From assembly GCF_009914755.1 (NCBI RefSeq), contig NC_060935.1: DNA of 64,000 nt. One strand, 5' to 3'. Under the pieces are notes generated by a model. It made no database searches and was not told where the DNA came from. It saw only the letters and a list, made by a program, of their open reading frames with translations. Position numbers and translations under genes: made by a program. The DNA comes from the human T2T-CHM13v2.0 reference genome, Homo sapiens. Positions 29,801 to 42,910 of the stretch are shown one piece after another (the stretch's first letter is position 1; every line of letters begins with the position of its first letter).

Positions 29801-30697
29801 GCAGGCATAGGTGTGGAGAATCATGAGGAAAAGAGAAAGGAAATGGTAGAGGAAAAGGAAAGGGGGCTATCTCAGTCCATCTGTCCCTTTCTAAACCCAC
29901 ACATCATGCTGCCATTTAACTATGTATGTCTTGGGGCAGTGAGGCCTTCACATCCTGGAGTCCCAGTTGGAAATGGGGCTCAAGCTCCTTTTGCTTTCAG
30001 CTTCCCACTCGGTCCATCCACCGCCAGTATTCTTTTGCCTGCCCCACCCTGAGGCCAAGACTTGGGTAGGCATTGGTCTCCTGACAGAAAGAACCCATGG
30101 AGCAAACTGTCCAGATGCCTGTGTGGTCTGCGCATTAAGGTATTTTGTAATTCTCTATGATCCAAGCTGACCACATATGGTTTCTGATACTTACAGGGAG
30201 TGTTCAGAATTTAGAGAGTATCTTTCTTCTTTCAACAAAGTCTGTTGTCCAGCTGAGAACCCAAGAAAGTTATCTTTGATGCTCATTGCATCTTTGTTCT
30301 AGTAGATAGATACTTGCCTCTCTTCAAAAGCAATTGGTTCTATAGGTGGGAAGCTTAAGAGAACAATCATTTAAGGAAAATAAAAAATGCATTGGTTTAA
30401 ATATTATTCCTAAATAATAAAGGTGGTAGGTAATGTAAGGTGGGGAAAGAGAGTGGTCTTGGAACTGAGGAACACTAGACCAAAGTGAAGTGTTGCAACT
30501 GAGCTCACATCTTAGAATTTTTAATAAAGAGTTGATAAATTAATGAATAAGGGACAAGATTTTTCTAGAATCAATACATTTGTTCCAAAGATCAGAAATT
30601 TTTTATGTGGGCCCCCAGTTAAAGTCAAATGCTGGAAAACAGGAAGTACTTGATAAATGTCTGTTGCAGACAGAATATATTTAAGAACAGAACTATT

Positions 30698-31471
<774 letters not shown>

Positions 31472-32379
31472 ATGTCTGTAGAGCTGAACTATTTTGTGTA
31501 GAAGATATGCATACTGGGAATTAAAAGAATGCAAGGAACTGTGCTGCAGCTGGGAAAGTCTCACTGCACTTGGATAAGGGATTATGGTGAACATTCCTGA
31601 ATTAACTGTTAAGAGGTCCATGTCCTTTATCATCACCAAACTCACCTTTATTTTTGTGGGATTTACATGGAAAAATTAGATTAGTCAAGAGGTTGAATTA
31701 GCCCTCACCATTAGAGATTAGACATGATCCCCCATTACCTATAAACTCACCTGTATCCATTCCTGTCTTCATTAACTTTCTCCCAGCCTTGGAGAGCAAC
31801 GAGTGCTTTCTTAACCTTTTTGTGCTTTCCACACACCGTTAGGTTAAAAGACTCGAATGTGTCTATAACACCAGCAAATAAGTATAGGGGAATGACTTTA
31901 TTAGAAAAGCAATGCCTCGGTGTGTATAAAAAAAATCTCCAATGATCATCTCTCCATTGCCTTCCATTAGCATGATGTTACTGTTTGAGTATTCACTGCC
32001 CTAACTACATTCTTTTACATACTCTTGCAAAGCTCTAGCACCTTTAAGGAAATACATGATCCTTCTTTTGCGCTAGGTTGACACTATGCTTGGTCTGTCA
32101 CTTCTTATTTACAGGATGTTGGACAGAGTTGCTGATGTAAAAACCACAGCCTTCCAAACCTTTTCATTCAGCATTGTGCCTGGCAGATGTTGGCAACTGT
32201 AATATGCATAATTGTATCTCATACACAGATCACAGTCTGGTGGCACACTGGTTTGCAAGGCGGAGACGAACCCTCCCTCCTTCAGTGCAGGCTAATGCAT
32301 AGATTGTGTCCTTGCCCAGTTCCCTCCTGATTTCTTCGGGACTTCATTTTATCTTGCTTTTCTCTCCCTTTATTTTCAA

Positions 32380-33300
32380 CCCATACACCTCTCGCTTTGG
32401 CTTGAGACTCTTACCTTCACCCTGTCCTCACTCAGTCCCAGATACCTGTGAATCTCTTTTCCTTTTACTAATTTGAAGAAAGGTCACGGACCCTCATTCT
32501 GCATAACCCATTCATTCTTCAAACCACTGCAGCTTGGCTTCGAGGAACATCTACGGAAATTTCTGTCAATGCTCACCTTCTAACTTCCAACTCTTTCCAG
32601 GACTCTTTTTAGTGTCAATTTTTACTGAAATCCTGCTGCATTTGCTCATCCTCATCACTCCTCCTTTGCAAAATTTCTATTCCCTTGTCTTTTGTTCCAT
32701 ACCTCTGACATGCCTTCTCTTTCCCTCATGCGGTTCCTTGCCTTTGCCTGCCCCTTAAATATTGATGTGTCATAGGTTCTCATTCATGACCAGCTTTTCT
32801 TCTTATCCTAACCCTCTCCGGGGTGATTTAATCCACCTACAAGGTTTTAACCATCACTTATATGTGGATGATGATCAAATCTAAATTTCCAGCCCACACA
32901 TTTCTTCTGAGATTCAAATCCAACCTGCCTGAAGTGGATCTCCTCATCCTCTAAAATACACCTGAAATTCTCTATCTCATTTGATGGCACAACCGTCCGT
33001 ATGGTCAACCAAGATAGAAATCATATGTAGTTGTTGACTATTTCTACTGTTTTTCTTTTCTCAGAAGCTCTTGAACGGTCTTTTCTTGTCTATCCCTACA
33101 GCCAAAGTTTTATATCAGATCCTCATTTTTTTTCTGCCCAGATAATAGAAACAGCCTCAGAACTGACCCTGCTGTGTCCAGATCCATTCCCCTGCAGTTC
33201 ACTTTCTGCAGGGCAGTCAGAGTGACCTTTTTAAACTTAAACAAAGGACGTCACCACCCCCAGTGATTTCTCCTTTGACTACAGGCTCCATGCAGGCCCG
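32380..33300 (+). mobile_element. L2 fragments
   Basis: ccccttaaatattgatgt, ggttttaaccatcacttatatgtggatga, atttccagccc...tctgagattcaaatcc, cagagtgaccttttt. Confidence 0.7.
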
Positions 33301-33834
33301 CGTGTCTCTCCATCACCTTCCTCTCCAGTGTCACCTCCCATCACTTCTAGGCAGAGCCCTTTCACTCCAGTAATGAGCAATGGTAGTAGAGATGTTCCCC
33401 TACTCATTCTGCTCCGCACCCTGGAGCCCCAGCCCCTGTCTTCCCTGTCGCTCCCAACTCTGACAAAAGCTTGCATGTTCCTCCTTCAGGATTCCATACA
33501 TACTAGATCCACCAGATACAATTCACACCCTCTGCCTGACCCTGCTTGCGTGTGTTCAGGGGACCAGGTATTCTTAAGTGCTCAAGGAAGATCATCTGAA
33601 GACATACATCACTCATTATACTGATTTTGCAAACTTATTTTTCCTATAACATTTATTATTTTTAAAGTGATTGAAATGCTATAACATACTCAGTTCAGAA
33701 GACTTGGAAGAATAAACGTCACTCACCATCCTACTAGTCCTAGAAACTTCATTATTAAAATATCAACAGTGGAAATATTATTTCCATCACTTTTGTGTGT
33801 GTACGCATACACACAGATTTTTAAGTAATGTGGT

Positions 33835-34110
33835 GTCATTCAAAATATATTGAGCATTTAACATGTGCCAGGAACAGGCCCTACCCTCATTGAACTATAG
33901 TCTAGTTGGAGAGTCAGACATTAATCAAAGAGTCACACAAATAAATGCAAGTTACAACTTTATTTATATAGTTGAGAAATGCTAAGAAGGCGAGGCCATG
34001 GAGCTCTAAGGACATAAGATGAAGAGAACTGACCTCGTAGGAGATGAGGATGAATGAGTTCAGATTTAAAAGAAACTAGGAGTTAACTAACTCAGGAGGG
34101 TTGTGTATTG
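33835..34110 (-). mobile_element. L2 3' fragment
   Basis: attcaaaatatattgagcatttaacatgtgccagg...tctagttggagagtcagacattaatcaa. Confidence 0.7.
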
Positions 34111-34149
34111 TTGAATTTCTGCGTTGAAAGCTTCTTTTCTTCCTTTAGG

Positions 34150-34700
34150 ATTTGCACTTAGCAATAAATTGCAAACATTTTCCTGGTAAAAATTCTTTTG
34201 TGACATACACGTATTTTAGGTATAATATTCAATCATATGGATATATTGAAGTTTAATAAATCCCCTAACATCAGATATTTAAAAGTTTCCTACTTTTTAT
34301 TATGAATTATGCTGCAATGAATATTTTTGCACATATGTATGTCTTTATGTATGTCTCCAATAATTTCCTAAGGATATATTTCTACAAGTGGGAGTGCTAT
34401 GTCAAAGGGTGTGCATATTAAGGTTTTTGCAATTGGCTGCCAAATTGCTCTCTGGAAAGGCTCCACTGGTCTGCTTTTCCTTCCATCAGCCACAGCCGGG
34501 AATGCCTGCTTCTCGCCATGGTCACCAGCACTGCGTCCTTGCTTCCTTTGGAATCTTTACAGATTTTAATTACCCCCAAAATCATATCTTACTGAAGTTT
34601 TAGTTTTCACGTCTTTGCTTCCCATCGAGGCTGAGCTTTTAAATAAATTTTTGGCAGTGCAAATTTCTTTTGCTAGCTGCCTATTTTGTCACCATATTAT
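34150..34700 (-). mobile_element. L1ME-like fragment
   Basis: atgctgcaatgaatattttt, atttcctaaggatatatttctacaagtggga, tgccaaattgctctctggaaagg. Confidence 0.7.
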
Positions 34701-35494
34701 TTTCAAATTGTCATTTCAGATCATCATTTTAAAATTGCATAAGTGTTTGTTTCTCAATAGATCACTGAGGGCAGAGGCTCTTTTTTTGCCCAGTATATTA
34801 CTTTCGGCATAGTAAGTATTAATAAGAGTATTTTTGAAGGTGATTTGGTTTCTGTAGCATCACCAGTTACCTGAGCAGAACGAGCGTGCGGAATCAGGGT
34901 CGCTTCAGTCTCGTTATCCCAGACAGTTACCAAGATTAGAGAATCAATGCCTTCTTTCTAGATCACGTGATTCAATCATATGTACTATTTTTGCTTCTAA
35001 CACTGTATAACTCCAAGTACCTAATCTTAAAGACATTCTAAGTATAAGAAAGAACCAAGCTTAGTGGTCTACAATATCTCTTTAATATTGTCTTCTCCTT
35101 TAAACCTCTGGCTCCCTAAAGGTGGTAACAAAGCCTGTGGTTCAGGGCACCCTGGCTCTTCCCAGAGAAGGGCAATGGGAAGATATTGGGTAGCTGATGG
35201 CTCTCAGCTGTGGACCTGACATCTCTAGGGGCTAGGAATAATCAGTCTTCAATGCCCAGAAGAGAACAAGGATGGCTGAAAGGATATTAAAGCAGATGAT
35301 GAAAGGAATGACTTAAAGATCTGTGGGTGTTTAGCTGATAAAACAAATGATTTCAGGAGTGAGAAAATACAAAACTTGTCCTTAAATTCATTTTAATTAT
35401 AACACAAATTTGTCTTACATAAATTGGATATAACACTATGGATTAATAAAGGACATGATTTACTTTGCACCCGTTACTATTGCTTATAAGTTGG

Positions 35495-35615
35495 TTCATT
35501 CACTCATTCAACAACTATCTAGTAAGTTCCTAACAGGAGCCAGATACTGTGGGAGGTGTTACAAACTGGAAGGAGAACAAGACAGCCATTACCCCTGCTC
35601 TCACAGAGCTTACAG
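35495..35615 (-). mobile_element. L2 3' end
   Basis: ttcattcactcattcaacaa...ccctgctctcacagagcttacagt. Confidence 0.7.
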
Positions 35616-36234
35616 TGGATCAGGAACAGAAACTGGCTGTGCTCTGGGAGGACACAAAGTGTCATGTGTAACACACTGACTTTGTCTGAGTGCCTTCATT
35701 TATGGTAACAGTGGAAGAGAAGGGTCTAGAAGAATTTGTGAAAACACTGTGTTAATGACAGTGCTGGTGCCAATAGGAACCACAGGGAAAGATCTTTTGA
35801 TAAAAGGTAAATGCAACCAGATGCTGGATTTACTCAGTGACGTTTAAATTTTAAAACAGTCCACTTAAAACTATGCATCTTTATTGTCAAAATGTCTTCA
35901 TGAAACAAACAAAAAACCCATTTTGTTATCTTGAGTCTAAAGTTCTCCATCTTTAATTTTTCCCTTCCTTTTGAACACATTATTTGCGAAGGCAGGTGTT
36001 CCTGGCATGCTGCTAATGAATGAAGGGACAGACTGCATTGGAACTCTATCTCTTGTTCTGCATGCCAGGTGGGAGGAAAGACCGATGACTGACTGCAAGC
36101 TGCAGGAAAGTAGTTTTTGGTTCAACATTAAGGTGAAGAATTTTGTAATGAAGGAAAAACAGAAAGGAGTTTTTTTTTTTTTTCAGAATAGTAGTGAGCT
36201 GTCTCTCTGATAATAATGACAATGCTGCAACAGC

Positions 36235-36480
36235 AGTGACTATTTTACTGTACACTTACTACCTCCCATATGTGTGCTCAAAGGTTTGCATGCATTATTT
36301 CATTTGATCCTCTCAAAAATAGCTAAGAGGTATTACAATCCATTTATATAGACGACGAAACCAAGGATGAGCGCGGCTGAAATATTGGCCCAAAGTCATG
36401 AAGTTACAAAGTGTCGGCACCAGGGTTTAGGCATGGAAGCATCTCCTCCCGAACCCCTGTTCTCAATTACTGAGCTAGTC
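36235..36480 (-). mobile_element. MIR
   Basis: tgcattatttcatttgatcctctc...catttatatagacgacgaaacc. Confidence 0.7.
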
Positions 36481-36603
36481 TGTCAGGTTTTCATCACTGG
36501 AGGGGTTCAAGCATAAACTGGATTATTGCATGAATGAAACAATAAAGAGAGAATTCAAGCTTCAGATGAGGATGGAGGTCACAGGGCTAGTTAACAGCAA
36601 AGT

Positions 36604-36790
36604 CAGTAGTTCCAAACATTTTTAGTAATGGATTTTGTTGAGAATTTGACAACAATCTTTGGGCTTTCTCAAAAAAAAAAAAAAAAAAAATACATGTGTG
36701 CACACGGGTGCTACCCATTACAATGTAAAAGTTTGAAGATGCTCATGAACCTTTTGATACCATCTTGGGGTTCTAGATTGAAAGCCCTTG
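36604..36790. mobile_element. MER103C-like MITE with an internal poly(A)
   Basis: cagtagttccaaacattttt...ttgagaatttga; opposite orientation to the copy at 14.5 kb. Confidence 0.5.
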
Positions 36791-37984
36791 CTTGAAAGAC
36801 ACTTTTGCTCTGAGATTCTATATGCAGCTACATGCTTTTGGAGGTGAATTTCCCTCCAAGTTATGACTACAGGTGTTGAGATGGTGCTATCACCTTGTGG
36901 CACTATCAGCAAAACAAAACACTGAGACATCTCCCTTCCAGAAGAAAGAGAAGCCTTCATTCCACATTTCTCTAAGTAGGCTTTGTGTGCCACTGAAAAT
37001 CTCTCCCTTGGCTGTTACAACTTCAGGTGCATTCAGAATGACTCAGAAATAGGGACCCAAACCATATGTACAGTCTCCATTCATATTATTATTTATAAGG
37101 CACAGGAGCCTGTCTCTCCCCAGCAAACCCCATTGCCAATAAAGAAGTGAAGGGAGACTGGGGAGGAGGGGCAAGATCATGGAGTGAAAGTGTCTGTGCA
37201 AGGCAATATTTTTATATGTTGTTTATTTCTGGTTCCTGCCTGGCCTGACAGCGCATGTGTTTCCAATTGGGAACGAACACGTAAGCTCAGTATCTAGAGA
37301 GAGGCTTATTGGGTGAAAGACCCTCCTCTCCTACCCTGCATTCCACTCCCACCTGCACTCAAGCACATGGGAACTCTGGTACTGGGAGTTTGGAAAACAT
37401 CCCACAGCTGGCCTGGGCTCCCTCAGTCTGGCACCATCTCAGAAACATGTATGTGTGTGTCTGTGAGTACATGTGCATTGTATGGGGGTTCACTTAAACC
37501 TTCTCCTTTGGACATTTGGGTTGCAGCCGTTTCTGGGAGATTATGGATGCATGTTAGGGCCTTCTGGGTCTGCTGGGGAAGGCCATGGTGTTTATCCTCT
37601 CCTCCAGCCTACCTTCTCTTTTAATGCATTGTTACATGCTTAACTGCTTTGGCGCTGGTCCTTAGAGCAGCTCTCAGCACAGGTTCCTGATGATTCCTGC
37701 AGGGAGGCTCTGTGGGGAGGTGGGTTTGCCAAACAGGAGACAGGAGGCCAAGGGTTGTGCAGAAAACAGGTTTTTCCTCTGGCCCTGCTTCTGCTCTGCT
37801 TCGGGCCCTCTTATCTCTCATCTAGCCTGTGGGAATAGCCCCCAACTCCTTTCTCTGCCTCCACTCTTGCTCCCATTCAATTCATACTGCACCCCGCTGC
37901 CAGAGCAACCTTTTGTCAAAGGCAAAAGTTTCATTATATGGCTTAAAAGCCTCCAGTGGCTTCCTGGTATCTTGTTAGAAACAA

Positions 37985-38190
37985 TAATCACGATATCTTC
38001 TACCAGTTTTGGAGCCCTCCCTCCGTGCCAGGTACTCAGCAAAGGCACTTGCCATGCACTCCCTCTGATAATCTTTCCAACGACCCTGCCAGGCACGATT
38101 TATTGTTCTCCGCACTTTATGGATGAGGAAGCTGAGATTGCGAGTATGTAACTAACCTGACCAAGGTCACAAAACTGGGAAACAAAGACG
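37985..38190 (-). mobile_element. MIR
   Basis: cactttatggatgaggaagctgaga...ccaaggtcacaaaactgg. Confidence 0.75.
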
Positions 38191-38419
38191 TTGTATAAGG
38201 TTGCGGGGCTTACACCCTGCCCAAGGGCACCCAGCAGCGGGAGGCCTGAGGAGTTAACTCCAGCCAGGCCTCTGCTGGCCAAGCCATATGCCTCGGAGAG
38301 AAGCCCCTTGTCTAAATTGTCCTGTTCTCAGGGAGCAACACGAATTCTTCAGCTCTTGACTTTCCGCCACCTGCTGATGCTGCTCTCCAGGCTATTCCTT
38401 TTGGTGCTGGTGTGACGTG

Positions 38420-38790
38420 AGCTGCTAGGGATACAGAGATCATCAAATATGGCTGCTAATCTCTGAAACTTATAGTTTTGCACTGAGGGCAGATGGTCAC
38501 AGATAGCTCTGGGGGCAGATGGTCATGGATAGCTCTGTTTCCATAGGTTAAGAATAACCATGAACTGTGAAAAATGCATGGGAGCGCAGAGGCCAGCCAT
38601 CTTATCCACCTTGGACTGGGAGTAGAAGAAGGGTGAGAGGTCCAGGAAGGCCTCCTGGAGGAAGATGATACTTGGGCAGTCTTAATAATGAGGCCTAGTT
38701 AGTCAGATGAGAGTAGAGGTAGGCAAGAAGAGGGCATTTGAGGCAGTAGGAACAAGAGCAAAGCAGGAAGGTGTAAACGACATGGAGTAT
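38420..38790 (-). mobile_element. L2 fragment
   Basis: ggaaggcctcctggaggaagatgata...gcatttgaggcagtaggaaca. Confidence 0.65.
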
Positions 38791-38929
38791 TCAAGGCTCT
38801 GTTTTGAAAAACAAAAATCAAAGCCTTGGTAAGTAAATTTGCAGTGGAAAGATTTTACATCTTAAGGCAAAACTTGGTTGGAGACTTAGATCACAGTAAA
38901 GTTATGAAAACCTTCTGTACAAAATTTCA

Positions 38930-39222
38930 GGCAGGGCACGGTGGCTCACACCTGTAATCCCAGCACTTTGGGTGTCCGAGGCGGGAGGACTGCTTAAGCC
39001 CAGGAGTTCAGGACCAGCCTGGGCAACTAGGGAGACCCCATCTCTACAAAAAATTTAAAAAAAAGTAGCCAGGCATGGTGGCAAGCACCTGTGGTCCCAG
39101 CTGCTCAGGAGGTTGAGGTGGGAAGATCGCTTGGGCCTAGGAGGTTGAGGCTACAGTGAGCTAGGATCACACCACCGCACTCCAGCCTGGGCGACAAAGG
39201 GAGACCCTGTTTCAAAAATAAA
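38930..39222 (+). mobile_element. AluJ
   Basis: J diagnostics ggaggactgcttaagcccaggagttc, gaggttgaggctacagtgagc. Confidence 0.95.
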
Positions 39223-39769
39223 AGATTACTGAAATAAGGACTGTCTGCTAAAGGCCAATGACTTTTGATCTGACTTGGGCTATTCTGAATAGCAGTCACC
39301 ATGCTGTCAGACTTGAGGGTCTCCCTTTGTTGTGGGTCTGATGGGAGGTGGTGAGGTCATGAGGCTTGTATGAAGGCGATGCACCATTCACAGGCCTTCG
39401 TTGCATTTTTTCCTCCATTCTGATGTCTTGTGCCTTTCGGATTTCACCTCACCTGCCTTCCTCTTGCCAGATCCCAGTGATACGGAGACTTGGATGATTC
39501 AGATGGAAAAAGCATGAGTTGCCAGCATTAAGCTGCACGTGATTTCTGGGCAGGTATTTCTTAAACCGGGGCTTTATGTAGCCTTCATTTTGCTCACTCT
39601 GCACTTGGTGCAAAAGCCCATCCTGCCCGCCTGACTATCACACCTGTCCCTGCTCCATTTCTGCTCCAGGCTAACATCCCTTCACTTCTTTATCCCCAGG
39701 GCATCACTATATGAAGATTCACTCTCATTATGCCTTTTCTTTTCCCTTCTGTTCTTGCCCCACTTAAAA

Positions 39770-42423
39770 AAAATTAACCAAAGTAATGCATAAATGTAAA
39801 GTGTCAAACAGTGTTACAAGACTTACGACAAAAAAACCATTCCATGTTCCACCTTTTCTCTTCCCTAAGTCCTACCCCTGAGAGGGTGTCAGTTCAACTC
39901 TCAGCTTTTTTGCTTGGTGTTGCTTATTATTTCTTGTTTTTTCATTTTATTTTAAGGTATCATCCATTGGCCTCCTACCATGGGAGATGAGAATTTTAGT
40001 TCTCTTACAATCTGCCCCTGCAATATACACAGGCTTTCCCTCCCTACATTCCATAATTATGTCACAAGGTTGGTTAAACCAATACTAAATTTTTGTATGA
40101 CTATGGTAATATAAATATTATTAATACCTGAGTCATAAAATTTAATTACATTTCTTGTTTTGTAATTTTTCTGGAGTTATTTTTCTTTATTAACTATTCC
40201 ATGAATCTATCAAAGTTTTGCCTCAAACTCTTACAGACCTCAAAGTCTGCTCTCCACAGGGTCAGAAGCGCCATGCAGGTGGTTGACTCCCTCCTTGGTC
40301 CCTTGTTGAGCCGTCCCTAGTGCGTGCCCTTCCTTCTCTTGCTGTGAGCTGCACTGCTGGCTCCCCACACCTGCTGCATCTCCTACACCGTCCTTCTAGG
40401 AATTACCTTTGCTGTCTTCTGCTTTCAGCCCCTTATTCCTGAATACTTGCTACATAGAGTGAATGTTTGTGTCTCCCCCAAACTAATATGTTGAAATGCA
40501 TCCTCATAGTGATAATATCAGGAGCTGAGGCCTTTGGGAGGTGATGAGGTCATGAAGGTGGGGCCCTCATGAATGGGATTAGTGCTTTTATAAGAGGAAC
40601 CCCAGAGAGCTCCTTCACTCTTTCTGGCATGTGAGAAAGCACTGTCTAGGAACCAAGAAGTGGGCTCTCACCAGACACTGAATCTGCCAGCACCTTGATT
40701 TTGGTCCTCCAGCTCCCAGAAGTGTGAGAAATAAATTACTGTTGTTTATAAGCCACTCAGTAGGTTATTTTGTCATAGCAGCCTGAATGACTGAGACAAT
40801 AGTACCTTTCTTTCTCTCATTTTATTCTTTCCCTCCCTGACTCTTTTTTGGTGAAGAAGTAGCTTCTTGAGAAAGGGTAGATGGGAGTTAAATTTTCAAA
40901 GAGGTCCTTATTGTATTCTCACACTCGACTGAAAATTAGGCTGGCTTTAGAATTTTAGGTTGGAAAAAAATTCCGCACTTAATTTTGAAGACATTGTTCC
41001 ATTGTTTTTTAGCTTCTATTGTTGCTCTTGGGAAGTTCGATGCAATTCTGATTCCTAAGTCATTCCACGTTAATTTTTTTTATCTTTCTCTGGAAGCTTT
41101 CAGGACCATCTCATTATCCTGTCCGCTGTAAAATTTGGTAGCTCCATTTCTTTATGTGGATCTTTTTCATCCTTCGTGGCCTCTTGCTTTCTAGAAATTC
41201 ACTTTACTTTTAGGGAAAATTCTTGTATTATTTCTTTAATTATTTCTTTCCTTCAATTTTCTATGTTCCCTCTTACTGCAAATTAGATATAATGTTGTCT
41301 AGATTTGCCTTCTAATTTCTGACCTTTACTGTTTTTCATTCTTTAACTTTTGGCCCTGGACAATTTTCTTCACTTTACCTTCCAATCCCTTAATGGCTTT
41401 TTGGTTTTGTACTTTTAACTTCTTCAGCACTTTCAGTCCCCAGGATCTGGCCCTTGTTCTCTGAATCTGTCCTTCTTCTAATCACATCCTGTTCTTGGGT
41501 CTTCTCACCAGTATGAGGATGTTCAGAAAGTTTACTTCTAAAGTTTTTTCTGCTCCTTCTGACCCTGTTTTGTGTGTGTGTGTGTTTAATTTTTCTGTTT
41601 ATTTTAGTTTCTGTCCTCATGCTATAGGCTTTCATAAAATATTTAGTGACCTCAACTGGCCACGATTATTTTAGAGAGACGCATTGAAAAATTCACTGGA
41701 AGCTCTGGTGTGGGGTCTCAGTTTGGTGACTGGGGAGTTTCACTGTAAAATTCTTTTGGTGGGGGAACAGGAGGTATCTGCAACTGATTGTAGGTCTTTT
41801 CTTTCAGACCGGTCCATTTACCCAGGGAAGAGCTCCTGACTAGAGAGGTGCAGGCCACCTTCTCCTGGCCTGAGTGTTTCGGTGCGGTGTGTGAGCTGGG
41901 CGGCTCACTCTGAGCCTGTAGACTTTCTCTTCATTCTGCGCTTTCACTGAGCATGGTACCCACTGCCCTCTGTTATGCATGGTATCCCCAAGCCCACAAC
42001 CTCCCTGTTCCCCTATTTCCTGCCGGTATTGGGAAGAAACAGTCATCTGATCTGCAGGGTAGGGAAAAGGCTGGGGGAGGCCTCTCACTCCTCCTAATAC
42101 AGATTCTCAACACATTCTTGAACTTTATTCTCCACCTTCAGTTCACCAGGCGCTACCCGTTTTTGAATCCTTTTGAGGTTCTGTGACCCAGATGGCCTTG
42201 CTTCTTGTCTCCTGTGCTGCAGTTTCACCCCTCTGGTAAGTCAGTTCCCATTCATTCATCCATTTTCTATCTTCCAAAGTTTGGTTGTGTCTCTAGTCTG
42301 TTGCCATCTTCTCTCATTCTCTTTGTCTTCTCATGAGTTCAAAATTCCTACTTCCATTTTAATACCATTTCAGAAGAGAATGTAGATTGATGATTTTCAT
42401 GCTGCCATATTGAACTGAAAGTT
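39770..42423 (-). mobile_element. HAL1 (half-L1) element, near full length, interrupted by MLT1A
   Basis: tttgaagacattgttccattg...agcttctattgttgct...gatgcaattctgattcc (HAL1 ORF1 signature); 5' end gctgccatattgaactgaaagt. Confidence 0.65.
40448..40798 (+). mobile_element. MLT1A/MLT1A0 (MaLR) solo LTR
   Basis: tgcta...tgaatgtttgtgtc...gccctcatgaatgggattagtgc...aataaa...atagcagcctgaatgactgagaca; TSD atact/atagt. Confidence 0.9.
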
Positions 42424-42647
42424 ATTTTATCTTCTTTTTTTCTTCTGACTTTTAGTCCTTCTCCTAAAAGTTACTTACAACAGCAGTAACTTCCTTTTGA
42501 ATACATTGGTACTGAAAAGCTTGCATGCATTGAATAGGTAGAAAATAGAAAATTCATATATTCCAGAATTGAGCGTGAGAGAAACTGGCCAAGGCTTTGG
42601 TGTCTGAAATAAATCCGAGGCAATACAGGTTCTCAACTCCCAAAGAA

Positions 42648-42910
42648 GGCAGTGTGGTCTCTTGGAGCGTGACACTAGGCCGGTGGTCAAGAGACTTGCG
42701 TTCCTGTTCCAATTCCAATCTTCCTACTAGTTAGCTCTGCAACCATGGGCAGGTTAGTTCTCTCTGGGACTCCATTTCCTCCAGAGGACAATTCCTCCCA
42801 GTTCTTGACTTCCATGCCTGTGTTCTTAAGTTCTTGAGATTTAGCACTTACCTGAGGAATATCAGTTGCTGGGATGAAATCATGTGTGAAGGCAAACACC
42901 TATAAAAAGG
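42648..42910 (+). mobile_element. MIR
   Basis: ttactagttagctctgcaaccatgggcaggtta...ggactccatttcct core. Confidence 0.65.

Noticed and set aside
36001-36069. 10-bp inverted repeat cctggcatgc/gcatgccagg as a possible snoRNA or pre-miRNA
   Set aside because: The stem is short, there is no correctly placed box D, and the interior does not pair.
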